A stretch of DNA of 64,000 nt from an uncultured Planctomycetales bacterium (GCA_964653435.1 CAZZFA010000013.1:7407-71406); one strand, 5' to 3'; counted from the first letter of the stretch, positions 8,661 to 17,954 are shown. Notes: generated from the sequence alone by a model not told the origin. A program made the numbers and translations.

Positions 8661-11051
8661 ATGGTAATGCCGCTGCGACGATCCGGTGCGTGGCCTTGGG
8701 CGATGGTGGCGGTGTTGGCTGCCGGCTCGGCAGCAGAAGGGGCGCAGGGGCTTGTCAGCGCGACCGGGGATAACGAGTGCGGTCAGCTCGGTACCGGAGA
8801 CGCACCGTGGTTTCCGCGGCAGACATTGATCGCCGGGCAGGTGACCGCGATCGCGAGGGGCGGGGCGCATGGCGTCGCGCTCACGTCGGACCGGAGGTTG
8901 TGGGCGTGGGGAAACAACATGTACGGCCAGTTGGGCGACGGGACGACGACGAATCGCGCGACGCCCGTTGCGGTCTCGGTCCTGTCGAGTGTGATCGCGG
9001 TCGCGGGGGGCTACTATCACAATCTCGCGATCCAGTCGAATGGGATGGTGTGGGCGTGGGGTCGCAACGAATACGGCCAGTTGGGCGACGGGACGCGGTC
9101 GAATCGCGCGACGCCCGTTGCGGTTTCGACTCCGGCGGGCGTGATCGCGGTTGCGGCCGGTGGCCAGCACAGCCTCGCGCTGAAGTCGGACGGGACGGTG
9201 TGGGCGTGGGGAAACAACTACTATGGCCAGTTGGGCGATGGGACAACGACGATAGATCGCCCGACGCCCGCGGCGGTCTCCGGCCTGACGGGCGGAATCG
9301 CGATCGCGGGCGGGTTGTATCACAGCCTCGCGCTGAAGTCGGACGGGACGGTATGGGCGTGGGGATGGAATCACGGCGGCCTGTTGGGTGATGGGACGAC
9401 GACGGAGCGCTGGACGCCCGTTGCGGTCTCGGGCCTGACGGGAGTGATCGCCATTGCGGCGGGCGGCTTCCACAGCCTCGCGCTGAAGTCGGACGGGACG
9501 GTGTGGGCGTGGGGAAGCAACTACTACGGTCAGTTGGGCGATGGGACGACGACGGAGCGCTGGACGCCCGTTGCGGTCTCGGGCCTGACGGGTGTGGTCG
9601 CAGTGGCTGCGGGCGAGTATCACAGCCTCGCCGTGAAGTCGGACGGGACGGTGTGGGCGTGGGGTTACAATAACCATGCCCAGTTGGGCGATGGGACGAT
9701 CACGACTCGCATGGGGCCCGTGGCCGTTTCCGGTCTGACCGACGTGATCGCGGTAGCGGCAGGCGTTTGGCACAGCTTCGCGCTCAAGTCGGACGGGACG
9801 GTGTGGGCGTGGGGATGGAACCGCGACGGCCGGTTGGGTGACGGGACCACAGAGACGATTCGTTCAGTGGCCGTACTTGTGCCAGGCCTCAGCGGCCTGA
9901 TCGCGGTGGCCGCGGGCGCGACTGACAGCCTCGCGATCAGATCGGACCAGACAGTGTGGGCGTGGGGAGACAACGGCTACGGCCAGTTGGGCGACGGCAC
10001 CACGACTTCGCGCTCGGCGCCGGTCGCTGTCTCCGGCCTGACGGGCGTGACCGCGGTGGCGGCGAGCGGGTATCACAGGCTCGCGCTCAGATCGGACCAG
10101 ACGGTGTGGGCGTGGGGAGGCAACGGCTACGGCCAGTTGGGCGACGGCACCACGACTTCGCGCTCGGCGCCAGTCGCGGTCTCGGGCCTGACGGGTGTGA
10201 TCGCGGTGGCGGTGGGCGAGTATCACAGCCTCGCCGTGATGTCGGACGGCACGGTGTGGGCGTGGGGATGGAACTCCTACGGCCAGTTGGGCGATGGGAC
10301 GACAACGGATCGCGCGACGCCTGTTGCGGTTACGGGTCTGACCGACGTGATCGCGGTCGCGGCCGGCGTGGGTCACAGTCTCGCGCTCAAGTCGGATGGG
10401 ACGGTGTGGGCGTGGGGGTGGAACTACTACGGCCAGTTGGGCAACGGGAGGACGAATCGTTTGACGCCGGCTGCGGTCTCCAACCTCGCAGGTGCGATCG
10501 CGGTGGCGGCGGGTTGGTATCACAGCCTGGCCGTGAAGTCGGACGGGACGGTACGGGCCTGGGGACGCAACGACTTCGGCCAGTTGGGCGACGGGACGGG
10601 GGCGAATAGCCTGGTGCCCGTTGCGGTTTCGGGCTTGACGGGCGTGACCGCAGTGGCGGCGGGCCCGTATCACAGCCTCGCGTGCAAGTCAGACGGGACG
10701 GCATGGGCGTGGGGGCAGAACTCCTCGGGCCAGTTGGGCGACGGGACGACGACGGGTCGCTTCACGCCCGTTGCGGTCTCGGGTCTGACCGGCGTGACTG
10801 GGGTTGCGGCGGGCCAAGGCCACAGTCTCTTCCTGCGGGCGTCGTCCTTTGGAGATTTCGACATGGACGGCGACGTGGACCTGGAGGATTTCGACGTGTT
10901 CCGGGGCTGTTGGAACGGGCCGAACCGTCCGCCGCTCGGCTCGGGCTGCGAGGACGCCGACGCCGACGGCGATGCGGACGTGGACGTGGCGGACTTCCTG
11001 AAGTTTCAGGGTTGTTTCAACGGCCCGGACCGGCCGGCCAAGTGCCCGTAG
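8661..11051 (+). CDS. Secreted RCC1-repeat protein (14 repeats) with C-terminal dockerin-like double Ca-binding module
   Basis: Signal-peptide-like N-terminus; 14 copies of the (V)WAWGxNxxGQLGDG core; C-terminus GDFDMDGDVDLEDF..CWNGPNRPP...DADADGDADVDVADF..FQGCFNGP. Confidence 0.92.
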   Translation: MVMPLRRSGAWPWAMVAVLAAGSAAEGAQGLVSATGDNECGQLGTGDAPWFPRQTLIAGQVTAIARGGAHGVALTSDRRLWAWGNNMYGQLGDGTTTNRATPVAVSVLSSVIAVAGGYYHNLAIQSNGMVWAWGRNEYGQLGDGTRSNRATPVAVSTPAGVIAVAAGGQHSLALKSDGTVWAWGNNYYGQLGDGTTTIDRPTPAAVSGLTGGIAIAGGLYHSLALKSDGTVWAWGWNHGGLLGDGTTTERWTPVAVSGLTGVIAIAAGGFHSLALKSDGTVWAWGSNYYGQLGDGTTTERWTPVAVSGLTGVVAVAAGEYHSLAVKSDGTVWAWGYNNHAQLGDGTITTRMGPVAVSGLTDVIAVAAGVWHSFALKSDGTVWAWGWNRDGRLGDGTTETIRSVAVLVPGLSGLIAVAAGATDSLAIRSDQTVWAWGDNGYGQLGDGTTTSRSAPVAVSGLTGVTAVAASGYHRLALRSDQTVWAWGGNGYGQLGDGTTTSRSAPVAVSGLTGVIAVAVGEYHSLAVMSDGTVWAWGWNSYGQLGDGTTTDRATPVAVTGLTDVIAVAAGVGHSLALKSDGTVWAWGWNYYGQLGNGRTNRLTPAAVSNLAGAIAVAAGWYHSLAVKSDGTVRAWGRNDFGQLGDGTGANSLVPVAVSGLTGVTAVAAGPYHSLACKSDGTAWAWGQNSSGQLGDGTTTGRFTPVAVSGLTGVTGVAAGQGHSLFLRASSFGDFDMDGDVDLEDFDVFRGCWNGPNRPPLGSGCEDADADGDADVDVADFLKFQGCFNGPDRPAKCP

Positions 11052-11198
11052 CGCGGGCGGCGCCTGTGCCCCAAGCCGAGGAATGGACCTCGCCCGTCGC
11101 CGAAATCTTCGCCGGCAAGTACGACTTTCGGGATAAGGAGTCCAGGGAAGACCGTTCCCCGCATCGTTATGGTCCGACCCGTACGATGGGCCGGCCGA

Positions 11199-11744
11199 TC
11201 ACGGCGGCGGGGGCGTCGTTACTGTCCACTGCCCGGTCGGGCTTCGCGCCAGGCGGATCTTGCCGCGGTGTCGGGGAGAGATGTCGATGCCCTGTCTGTC
11301 GATCCGCAGGATGATGCGATGCTTCGGCCGGATCGGGAGCATCGACAGGTCCAGCGTGAGCGCCGAGACGTTGTCGGTGTCCACATCGATTTTGTTCGCC
11401 TCCGGGAACAGGCCCGAGACGCGAGCCGCGCGGCCCTTGTCAGCAAACGATTCGATGTGAAGCCAGCCGGCCTGCGGGTCGTCGGGCGAGTCGATCGTGA
11501 AGGCGACCCGGTACGGCGGCACGTCGTGGTAGGGGGGCTTCGGACGTTCCCGGCCGGCGGCCGATGCCTCGGCGGGCATTGACGCCGGCGGCGCGGTCTG
11601 CTTTGCGGCGGGTTGCGTCGGGGCGGCCGACGTAGCGGGCGCCGTCCGGGGCGTTGCGGCGGGCGTCTCGCCCGCGGGCCGGGGTGTCTCCCGACAGCCG
11701 ACCAGACTCAGCCAGCCGGTACACAGTACGATGACGGCGATCAT
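11199..11744 (-). CDS. Hypothetical lipoprotein with Pro/Ala/Thr linker and C-terminal beta-rich domain
   Basis: MIAVIVLCTGWLSLVG-C lipobox-like signal followed by a PAT-rich linker. An alternative GTG start at 11795 is coupled to the upstream stop. Confidence 0.65.
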   Translation of the reverse strand: MIAVIVLCTGWLSLVGCRETPRPAGETPAATPRTAPATSAAPTQPAAKQTAPPASMPAEASAAGRERPKPPYHDVPPYRVAFTIDSPDDPQAGWLHIESFADKGRAARVSGLFPEANKIDVDTDNVSALTLDLSMLPIRPKHRIILRIDRQGIDISPRHRGKIRLARSPTGQWTVTTPPPP

Positions 11745-11791
11745 GGCCGAAGGTTCTCGCGACACGCGCGTCTCCTTATCCGAGATGACGA

Positions 11792-12277
11792 TCACCGGTC
11801 CTGCCCGCCGGTTTTTTCCACTTCGCCGATCCGCCGGACCCGCACCGCGTCGCCCGACGCGCCGCAGCGGCCTGCGAGGCTTCGCTCGGGCCGGACGTTG
11901 ATCACGGCATTCGCGCCGACGCGGGCGGCGGCGGCCTTGAGCCCGTCGATCGCCTCGGCCGGCGAGCGGAAGCCCTCGACGAACACGGCTTCGACCTGTT
12001 GCACGATCTCGTAGCCGGCCAGCCGTTCGCCGCTGGATGTGGCGACGATCCTGCCCGCCAGTTCGCGGCGTTCGCGTGCGGCCTCCTCTGGATCTATACC
12101 GTACTTCTGGAGTTTGGGATGCAGCACGGCGGGGCGGCGGGACCGCTGAAAGCGCCGGATTCGCCCCCACAGACTCCGACCGAGAAACAGCGCGGCCAGA
12201 GCGACAGCCCCAAGCTTCGCATAGAGCTGATACTCATCCGGTACGAACGGCATGCTCCAGAGGGTGATCATGGCCAT
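11792..12277 (-). CDS. Membrane-anchored YbjQ/UPF0145-like (heavy-metal-binding fold) protein
   Basis: N-terminal TM helix, then IVATSSGERLAGYEIVQQV...AIDGLKAAAARVGANAVINVR, typical of YbjQ-like domains. Confidence 0.65.
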   Translation of the reverse strand: MAMITLWSMPFVPDEYQLYAKLGAVALAALFLGRSLWGRIRRFQRSRRPAVLHPKLQKYGIDPEEAARERRELAGRIVATSSGERLAGYEIVQQVEAVFVEGFRSPAEAIDGLKAAAARVGANAVINVRPERSLAGRCGASGDAVRVRRIGEVEKTGGQDR

Positions 12278-12323
12278 GAGTGACGGTTCCGGGTGGCGTC
12301 TCCCGCGTTGTGCGTCCTGCGTG

Positions 12324-13640
12324 TCATACGGTATCGGTCGCCGGTCGCGTGGCCGGGGCCTTTCGCGGAGGCTCCTGGTTCGCCGCGACGGCGGAATCGG
12401 CCGGCGAGTTCGCCGCGGGCGGCGGCGTTTCGACTGCGTTGCCGCGGTATGCGGTTCCGCGCCAGACGGTGGTCGTGCGCCCGCCGAGCTTGAACATGGC
12501 GTTGACCAGCATGCCGATGCAGATCACGGCGCCCACGATGAACGTCGGCGCCAGCCACACGTTCACCCGGCTGAGCCGATAGAACCGGGCGATCGTGACG
12601 ATATGCATCGCCACGGCGGTCGTTGCGGCGAGCGCCACCAGCCGCCACGGGCCGGCGTCGGTCCAGCCCCGCGCGGCAATGACGGCCCAGGCCGCCACCG
12701 CGCTGCCGTACGGCAGGACGTTTGTTACAAGCAGGAACGCCGTCGAGATCAGCAGGCGCCGGAAGGAGCCGAAGCACCCGTAGAAGATCCGGCTCCAGCC
12801 GCGCCAGATCTGGCGCAGCCCCGAGTACATCCGCACGGAATAGAGGTTGTCGTTCTGAACGACGGCGAGGCGCTGCCCGCGCTCCTTCGCGAGGCGGGCC
12901 ATGTGCATGTCCTCGTTCACCTGGGTTCTCACCGCCTCGTGGCCGCCGATGGCGTCGTAGGTGCTTCGTTTCATGAGCATGAACGCGCCGTTGGCATAGG
13001 CCGCCGGATGCTTCGGGTCGTTGACGCGCTTGGGGTGGAACCAGAAGACCATCACCGCGCCGCAGACGGGCTGGATGATCCGCTCCCAGAAGCTGCGCGT
13101 TTCGAGGATCGGAAGGACCGACAGGAAGTCGATGCCGTTCTCGACCGCATGCCGCATGGCGAGCGACAGGGTGCGCGTGGAGATCTGCCGGCAATCCGCA
13201 TCGGAGAAGCAGAGCCACTCGCCGACGGCGCGTTCCATGCCTTCGCGCATGGCGTTGTTCTTGCCGAACCAGCCGTCGCGGAGGTGCCCCACATGAATGA
13301 CCTTGAGCCGGTCCGGGTTGCCCGCGTTCTTCGCTTCGGCGGCCAGGCGGTCCAGGATGGCCGGCGTCCGGTCGGTGCTGCGATCGTCGATGACGATCAG
13401 TTCGAAGCGCGGATAATCCTGCGCGAGCATCGTGCGGACGGCGCGTTCGATGTTCTCCTCTTCATCCTTGGCGGCGATGAGCACGGAGACCATGGGCGGA
13501 TTCGGCGGCGGGCCGTCGTAGGACCGCTCGTCAAGCGGGCGCTGCTCGCGCCGAGCGCGGGAAATCTCCAGGTTCCGGCTGGCCCAGACCAGCGCAATGA
13601 GAAACAGAACGACGACCCAGACACACCAGGCGGCGCCCAT
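12324..13640 (-). CDS. Membrane GT2 glycosyltransferase (CrtQ/HpnB-like lipid glycosyltransferase)
   Basis: VSVLIAAKDEE, VIDDRSTDRT, GWFGKNNAM, FSDAD (DxD), EDMHMAR and RMYSGLRQIWRGW; N- and C-terminal TM helices. Confidence 0.88.
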   Translation of the reverse strand: MGAAWCVWVVVLFLIALVWASRNLEISRARREQRPLDERSYDGPPPNPPMVSVLIAAKDEEENIERAVRTMLAQDYPRFELIVIDDRSTDRTPAILDRLAAEAKNAGNPDRLKVIHVGHLRDGWFGKNNAMREGMERAVGEWLCFSDADCRQISTRTLSLAMRHAVENGIDFLSVLPILETRSFWERIIQPVCGAVMVFWFHPKRVNDPKHPAAYANGAFMLMKRSTYDAIGGHEAVRTQVNEDMHMARLAKERGQRLAVVQNDNLYSVRMYSGLRQIWRGWSRIFYGCFGSFRRLLISTAFLLVTNVLPYGSAVAAWAVIAARGWTDAGPWRLVALAATTAVAMHIVTIARFYRLSRVNVWLAPTFIVGAVICIGMLVNAMFKLGGRTTTVWRGTAYRGNAVETPPPAANSPADSAVAANQEPPRKAPATRPATDTV

Positions 13641-13851
13641 AGCACCAGGCCTTTCTTGCCCCAGCGATTCGTTACGGCAGCGGTGCATTATCGCGGGCAG
13701 GCCGCGCGACGGCAACCGCCGGCGAAACGCGAGGAGGAGCTTTGGCGCCCCGGCCGCATAACCGGATGCGGGCGGATGTCGTGTCCCGGGGGGGCACTCC
13801 CGCCGTTCGCACCACTGCGTGGCGGCTGGAGGGCGAGTTGCCGATCAGACG

Positions 13852-14619
13852 TTACAGTCCCAGGTCCTCGACGAGGCCCAGGCCCGCGCCGAGCAGCACG
13901 ACGCCTGCCACGAAGAGAAGGGCGGCGATCGATCCCCAGATGCGCATTCCCCATGCGGCGCGTGCACGGAGGTTCTCCTCGGTGCGGAAACTGATGATGA
14001 ATGGGCGATCGACGACCTCGGGTTTGCGAATGGTGTTGTCCTCTCCCACCTGCCCCAGGACGTATACCGGCTGGCCTACGGGCAGGACGGCCTCCGCGTA
14101 GCTCAGATGGCCGCCCATGTGGCGCGGCCGGATGTGGTAGGCCGGGCTGTCCGGCAGGGGGCCGTCGAGACCGGCCATGCCGTCGAGAAGGTCCTCTTCG
14201 GCGCCGTTCGGTCGAACCGTCGCTTCGCCGGTGCCGTCGTAGACCTGGAAATCGATCCGGCCGTCGTTGGCGTACCGGGTTTCGGTGTGATGCTCGGTGA
14301 CCACGCGGGTTTGCCCTTTCGCATCCCGTGTGACGCGGGTGGTCGTCCAGTGCTCGGTGACGCTGGATCGGAAAATCACGCAGGGAATCCGGGCCAGGTC
14401 GGAGATGAGCGGTTCGGCGGCCCCTGTCACACCCTTGACTTCCACCATGTCTGCGCCGAGGCCGGGGATGTCGTTCGTGGCAACGGTCGGTACCTCGACG
14501 ATCGCGTTGTAACGGCGGGCGGATCGCCGGTAGCCCAGGGCATAGGCGATGGCGCTGAGCAGCAGAGCCGCCACACCGATGGTGAAGGCGGTGGGATTGT
14601 GCGGGTTCCATGTCGCCAT
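13852..14619 (-). CDS. GIDE (E3 ubiquitin ligase/MUL1-like) domain membrane protein without RING
   Basis: TM helix, then MVEVKG...EPLISDLARIPCV..RSSV.E, FQVYDGTGEATVRP, YAEAVLPVGQPVYVLG, PFIISFRTEE and a C-terminal TM: the GIDE-type layout. Confidence 0.65.
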   Translation of the reverse strand: MATWNPHNPTAFTIGVAALLLSAIAYALGYRRSARRYNAIVEVPTVATNDIPGLGADMVEVKGVTGAAEPLISDLARIPCVIFRSSVTEHWTTTRVTRDAKGQTRVVTEHHTETRYANDGRIDFQVYDGTGEATVRPNGAEEDLLDGMAGLDGPLPDSPAYHIRPRHMGGHLSYAEAVLPVGQPVYVLGQVGEDNTIRKPEVVDRPFIISFRTEENLRARAAWGMRIWGSIAALLFVAGVVLLGAGLGLVEDLGL

Positions 14620-14742
14620 TACGCCGATAGGCTATAGCTCGTCGGCGGCTTCGGCAAGGACGATTCACAAGCCGTGCGATGCGTGCTACTATCATGTTGC
14701 GACGGAACAGGTTCGGGCTTCCGTCGGTCGGAGTACATCACG

Positions 14743-14958
14743 ATGCCTTTGAGCGATGACAAGGGACGCGATCGGTTCGACCGCAAGCGGATCAGGGAAG
14801 AGCGGCACAGGAAGCAGTTGCCCACGGAGGACGAACCGGCGCTTCCGCCGCCGGTAGAGCCGGTCCACGTGGACAAGACGCCGGGACGCAACGACCCGTG
14901 CCCCTGCGGCTCGGGGAAGAAGTACAAGAAGTGCTGCGGCAAGGACAAAGAGAAGTAG
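14743..14958 (+). CDS. Small SEC-C (SecA C-terminal Zn-binding) motif protein
   Basis: [20 protein letters not shown] at the C-terminus of a 71-aa ORF. Confidence 0.9.
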   Translation: MPLSDDKGRDRFDRKRIREERHRKQLPTEDEPALPPPVEPVHVDKTPGRNDPCPCGSGKKYKKCCGKDKEK

Positions 14959-14979
14959 GGCGTCTCGGATCGGTCCGGC

Positions 14980-16065
14980 ATGATCCCGCAGAGTCCTCCA
15001 TGCGATCGTGCGATCAACGCCACGGACGGGCCGGCGCCCGGCCGGCGGAGGCGGGCGGCACTGGCCCGGAGGTTGCGCGAGAGCCCGCTGTCTGCAGCGG
15101 GGATCTCCGTGGCGATTCACCTGCTTGTGTTCGCCGTGCTGCTGAAGGTCGTCTGGCAGGATCGGCCGCCGCCTCCGCGACAGATCATCGCCGAGGCGTG
15201 GCTCGGCCCGCCGGGCGGCGGCGCCCCGGGCGGGCCCGGCGGCCCGCGGCCTGCGCGCGGGAAACCAGACGCCCCCAGCCCCGTACCGACGCCCGCCGTC
15301 AGCGTTTCCGCGGGCGCGGCAGGCGTGAAGGATGACGACCTCAAGCGCCTGATCGGCACGTTTGACGCGGGCGCGCAAGAGATACTCCCCGCCGCCTCCT
15401 CCGGCAGGGGCGAGACCGGCGGGCTCGGGCTGGGGCTGGGCGGGACCGGCGACGGGTTGCCCGGGACCGGCGGCGGGTCGGGCTCGTTCGGGGCCGTCAC
15501 AGGCGACGGTCCGGCATCGGGCTTCTTCGGGCAGCGAGGCAACGCCTACAAGGTCGTGTACGTCATTGACACCTCCGGCTCGCTCGGCTGGATCTTCGAG
15601 CCGGTGCAGCGGGCGCTCATCGAGTCGATCGATCAGCTTCGTCCCACGCAGAGCTTTCACGTCATCTTTGCCGGAAGCAGGCCCATCGAGCTGCCGCCGC
15701 GCAAGCTCGTTCCGGCGATCGAGGCGTACAAGGAGCCCGCCCGCCGGTTCATTCGCGAACTGGTGCCCGAGCTTCAGTGCGATCCGGTTGCGGCGATGCA
15801 GCGTGCGTTCGCCGTCGGTCCGGAACTGATCTACTTCCTCACCGACGGCGACTTCGGCCTGGCGGGCAAGGAACTGCTCGCCCGGCTGCGCGAATGGAAT
15901 GCCGACCGGCGCGTTCATATCACCACGATCGGCTTCGGTGTGAAGCTCACAAGTGCGCAACTCGGAGGCCAGCCCGTCGGCGAGCCGATCCTGCGTCAGA
16001 TTGCGCAGGAGCACGGCGGGAACTTCCGCTGGGTCTCGCCGGACGAGGCCGAGGGGCGGAAATGA
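14980..16065 (+). CDS. Membrane-anchored vWA-domain protein with Gly/Pro-rich linker
   Basis: TM segment SVAIHLLVFAVLL; Gly-rich linker; MIDAS motif VYVIDTSGS and YFLTDG. Confidence 0.85.
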   Translation: MIPQSPPCDRAINATDGPAPGRRRRAALARRLRESPLSAAGISVAIHLLVFAVLLKVVWQDRPPPPRQIIAEAWLGPPGGGAPGGPGGPRPARGKPDAPSPVPTPAVSVSAGAAGVKDDDLKRLIGTFDAGAQEILPAASSGRGETGGLGLGLGGTGDGLPGTGGGSGSFGAVTGDGPASGFFGQRGNAYKVVYVIDTSGSLGWIFEPVQRALIESIDQLRPTQSFHVIFAGSRPIELPPRKLVPAIEAYKEPARRFIRELVPELQCDPVAAMQRAFAVGPELIYFLTDGDFGLAGKELLARLREWNADRRVHITTIGFGVKLTSAQLGGQPVGEPILRQIAQEHGGNFRWVSPDEAEGRK

Positions 16066-17180
16066 TACGGCCGGCGGCGGAGCCACGAAGGGCTGAGGCG
16101 ACGAAGGAGAACGCGACGCGCCGTTTCCGCGCGGGGGTACGGATCGCGCTGGTCACGGCCCTGCTTACCGCGACGGATGCGGCGGCGGACGAGATTCAGA
16201 CCGTCACGAACGCCCGGTACGTCTCCGTGCGACTGGAGGATGTGAGGGACGGAAAGCTCATCTTTCGCGACGTACAGGGCCGTACGGCGGAGCGTGCGGT
16301 AGTGGATGTACGGACGCTGATGATCACCGGCTGGGAGGCATTCAACCGGGCGGAGGCGTCTCTGGCGGCGAGGCAATACCGGCAGGCGGCACGGGAGTTT
16401 GAGGCGATCCTTCGCGATGTGGAGCAGGCCGGGCCGGACGTGGGCCGGCCGCGCCATCGCCGGGAACTCGTACTGGCGCGGTTCGCCACCGCGTGTGACG
16501 GCGAGGGGCGCTTTGACCGTGCAGTGGAGGCATATATCGCGCTGTGCAAGGCGTGGGGCGCGGGCGCCGAGGGCCTTGAGCCGAAAAACGTACCGCCGCG
16601 GGAATCGGCGTTTTATGCGGCGGCGACGGAGGCGCTGGCTGCGGCGATTTCCGAGGCCGCGGGAACGGCGGCCGGCGACCTGCTCCGCCGGTACCGGGAG
16701 CGGCTGGCCGGGACACCGGCCACACAACCGGCGAGCCGGCCGGCCGTGGTCAAGCCGACCGTGAAGCCCGATCCGCACCCACGCGAGGGCCGCCGGGAGA
16801 CGGATCCGCGACTGACGCAGGTCAGCCGATGGATCGACGCAGGCCAGACCGACCGGGCGGCGAGACTCATCGACGCCGTGCTGCGAGCCGGGCCCGTGGA
16901 GACGCTGGCACCGTGGTATTACCGGCAGGGCCGGTGTCTGGAGGCAGCCGCAAAGAGTGACGAGGACCGCCTGCGGGCGGCGCTGGCGTACATGCGCGTC
17001 CCTGTGCATTACCCGGGCGATCCCCTGTGTGCCGAGTGCCTGTACCGGGCGGCGATGATTCACATCCGGCTCGGCCACGCGGACCGGGCGACGGGACTCT
17101 TGCGCGAGGCGATGCGGTATTCGCCACCGGCCGATCTCAAGGCTCGCTGCGAACAGGCGATGCAAGAGGCCTGTCGGTAG
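16062..17180 (+). CDS. Secreted TPR-like alpha-helical repeat protein
   Basis: ATGA overlap with the vWA gene; hydrophobic signal; TPR-like helices such as AALAYMRVPVHYPGDPLCAECLYRAAMIH. Confidence 0.75.
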   Translation: MIRPAAEPRRAEATKENATRRFRAGVRIALVTALLTATDAAADEIQTVTNARYVSVRLEDVRDGKLIFRDVQGRTAERAVVDVRTLMITGWEAFNRAEASLAARQYRQAAREFEAILRDVEQAGPDVGRPRHRRELVLARFATACDGEGRFDRAVEAYIALCKAWGAGAEGLEPKNVPPRESAFYAAATEALAAAISEAAGTAAGDLLRRYRERLAGTPATQPASRPAVVKPTVKPDPHPREGRRETDPRLTQVSRWIDAGQTDRAARLIDAVLRAGPVETLAPWYYRQGRCLEAAAKSDEDRLRAALAYMRVPVHYPGDPLCAECLYRAAMIHIRLGHADRATGLLREAMRYSPPADLKARCEQAMQEACR

Positions 17181-17253
17181 TGCCGTTTCCGGTGAGACAG
17201 TTTCGCATGCGGCGAGCCGCGCGAAATCGTCCTGCCGAAGACGGTGGCAGCGC

Positions 17254-17577
17254 TCAATGCTCGTGCTCGTGTTTGGCGCAGTGCGGGCAGAGGAACCGTG
17301 TCTTGCGGGATCGCCCCGACGTCGGCGCCAATTCCGCGGGGAATTCATAGCCGCAGCAGCGGCACTTGCGCGGGTTGGTCTCCGCGACGCGGCGAGTCCA
17401 CCATCCCGCGACGAGGCTGGGAAGTACGCCGCGGCCCTGACAGAGCGGACAGACATCGTAGAATCGCTTCAGGACGGCTTCGCGGATGAAGGACGATTTG
17501 TCCGGCAGCCGACTGAGCATCTCGGCGAGGTGGGCATCCACGCGAAACGATACGACGACCTGTTTGTCTGTTGCCAT
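17254..17577 (-). CDS. Small ribbon-helix-helix (CopG-like) protein fused to Cys-rich Zn-finger-like C-terminus
   Basis: VVVSFRVDAHLAEML...KSSFIREAV (RHH pattern), then CPLC, CRCC, CPHC and HEHEH. Confidence 0.7.
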   Translation of the reverse strand: MATDKQVVVSFRVDAHLAEMLSRLPDKSSFIREAVLKRFYDVCPLCQGRGVLPSLVAGWWTRRVAETNPRKCRCCGYEFPAELAPTSGRSRKTRFLCPHCAKHEHEH

Positions 17578-17671
17578 GAAGAGTCTCCCTCGGGCGGCCG
17601 TCGCTGCGGCTGCCGCGATCCGGTATTATGGAAGGCGACGGCGGGTCGGACAAGCGGGACGCGAGCCGATC

Positions 17672-17950
17672 ATGTGGAAAGACCTGGACCTCTTTGCCTG
17701 TTACCGGTGGTTGCTGGCGATCGTATGCACGATCTACACGATCGTGCGCCTCGCGCAGACGGCCTACGGGTGGTTTGTGTATTTCTGGTCCCCGGCGCCC
17801 CGGATGGGGGTCCTCCGTCGCTACGCTGTCGTGCAGATATTGCGGATTCGCATACGGCGGTTTACGTTGGATCTGGTGCAGATTGCGGGCCTGACGGCGG
17901 CCCTGTTCGCCCTGCTGTGGCTGCATCGCCGTCTGGGCTACGTGAGTTAG
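17672..17950 (+). CDS. Small two-TM membrane protein, unknown function
   Basis: 92-aa ORF with two hydrophobic helices; ends 4 nt before the next gene. Confidence 0.7.
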   Translation: MWKDLDLFACYRWLLAIVCTIYTIVRLAQTAYGWFVYFWSPAPRMGVLRRYAVVQILRIRIRRFTLDLVQIAGLTAALFALLWLHRRLGYVS

Positions 17951-17954
17951 CGGC

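Noticed and set aside
8880-10830. Regular 150-nt periodic repeats that could be mistaken for a CRISPR array or DGR repeats
   Set aside because: They are in-frame RCC1 coding repeats with conserved rather than unique spacers; no cas or reverse transcriptase gene is in the window.
11075-11190. Short coding-like stretch EEWTSPVAEIFAGKYDF, faintly like the C-terminus of Uma2-type nucleases
   Set aside because: Too short, no start or upstream domain; the similarity cannot be distinguished from chance.
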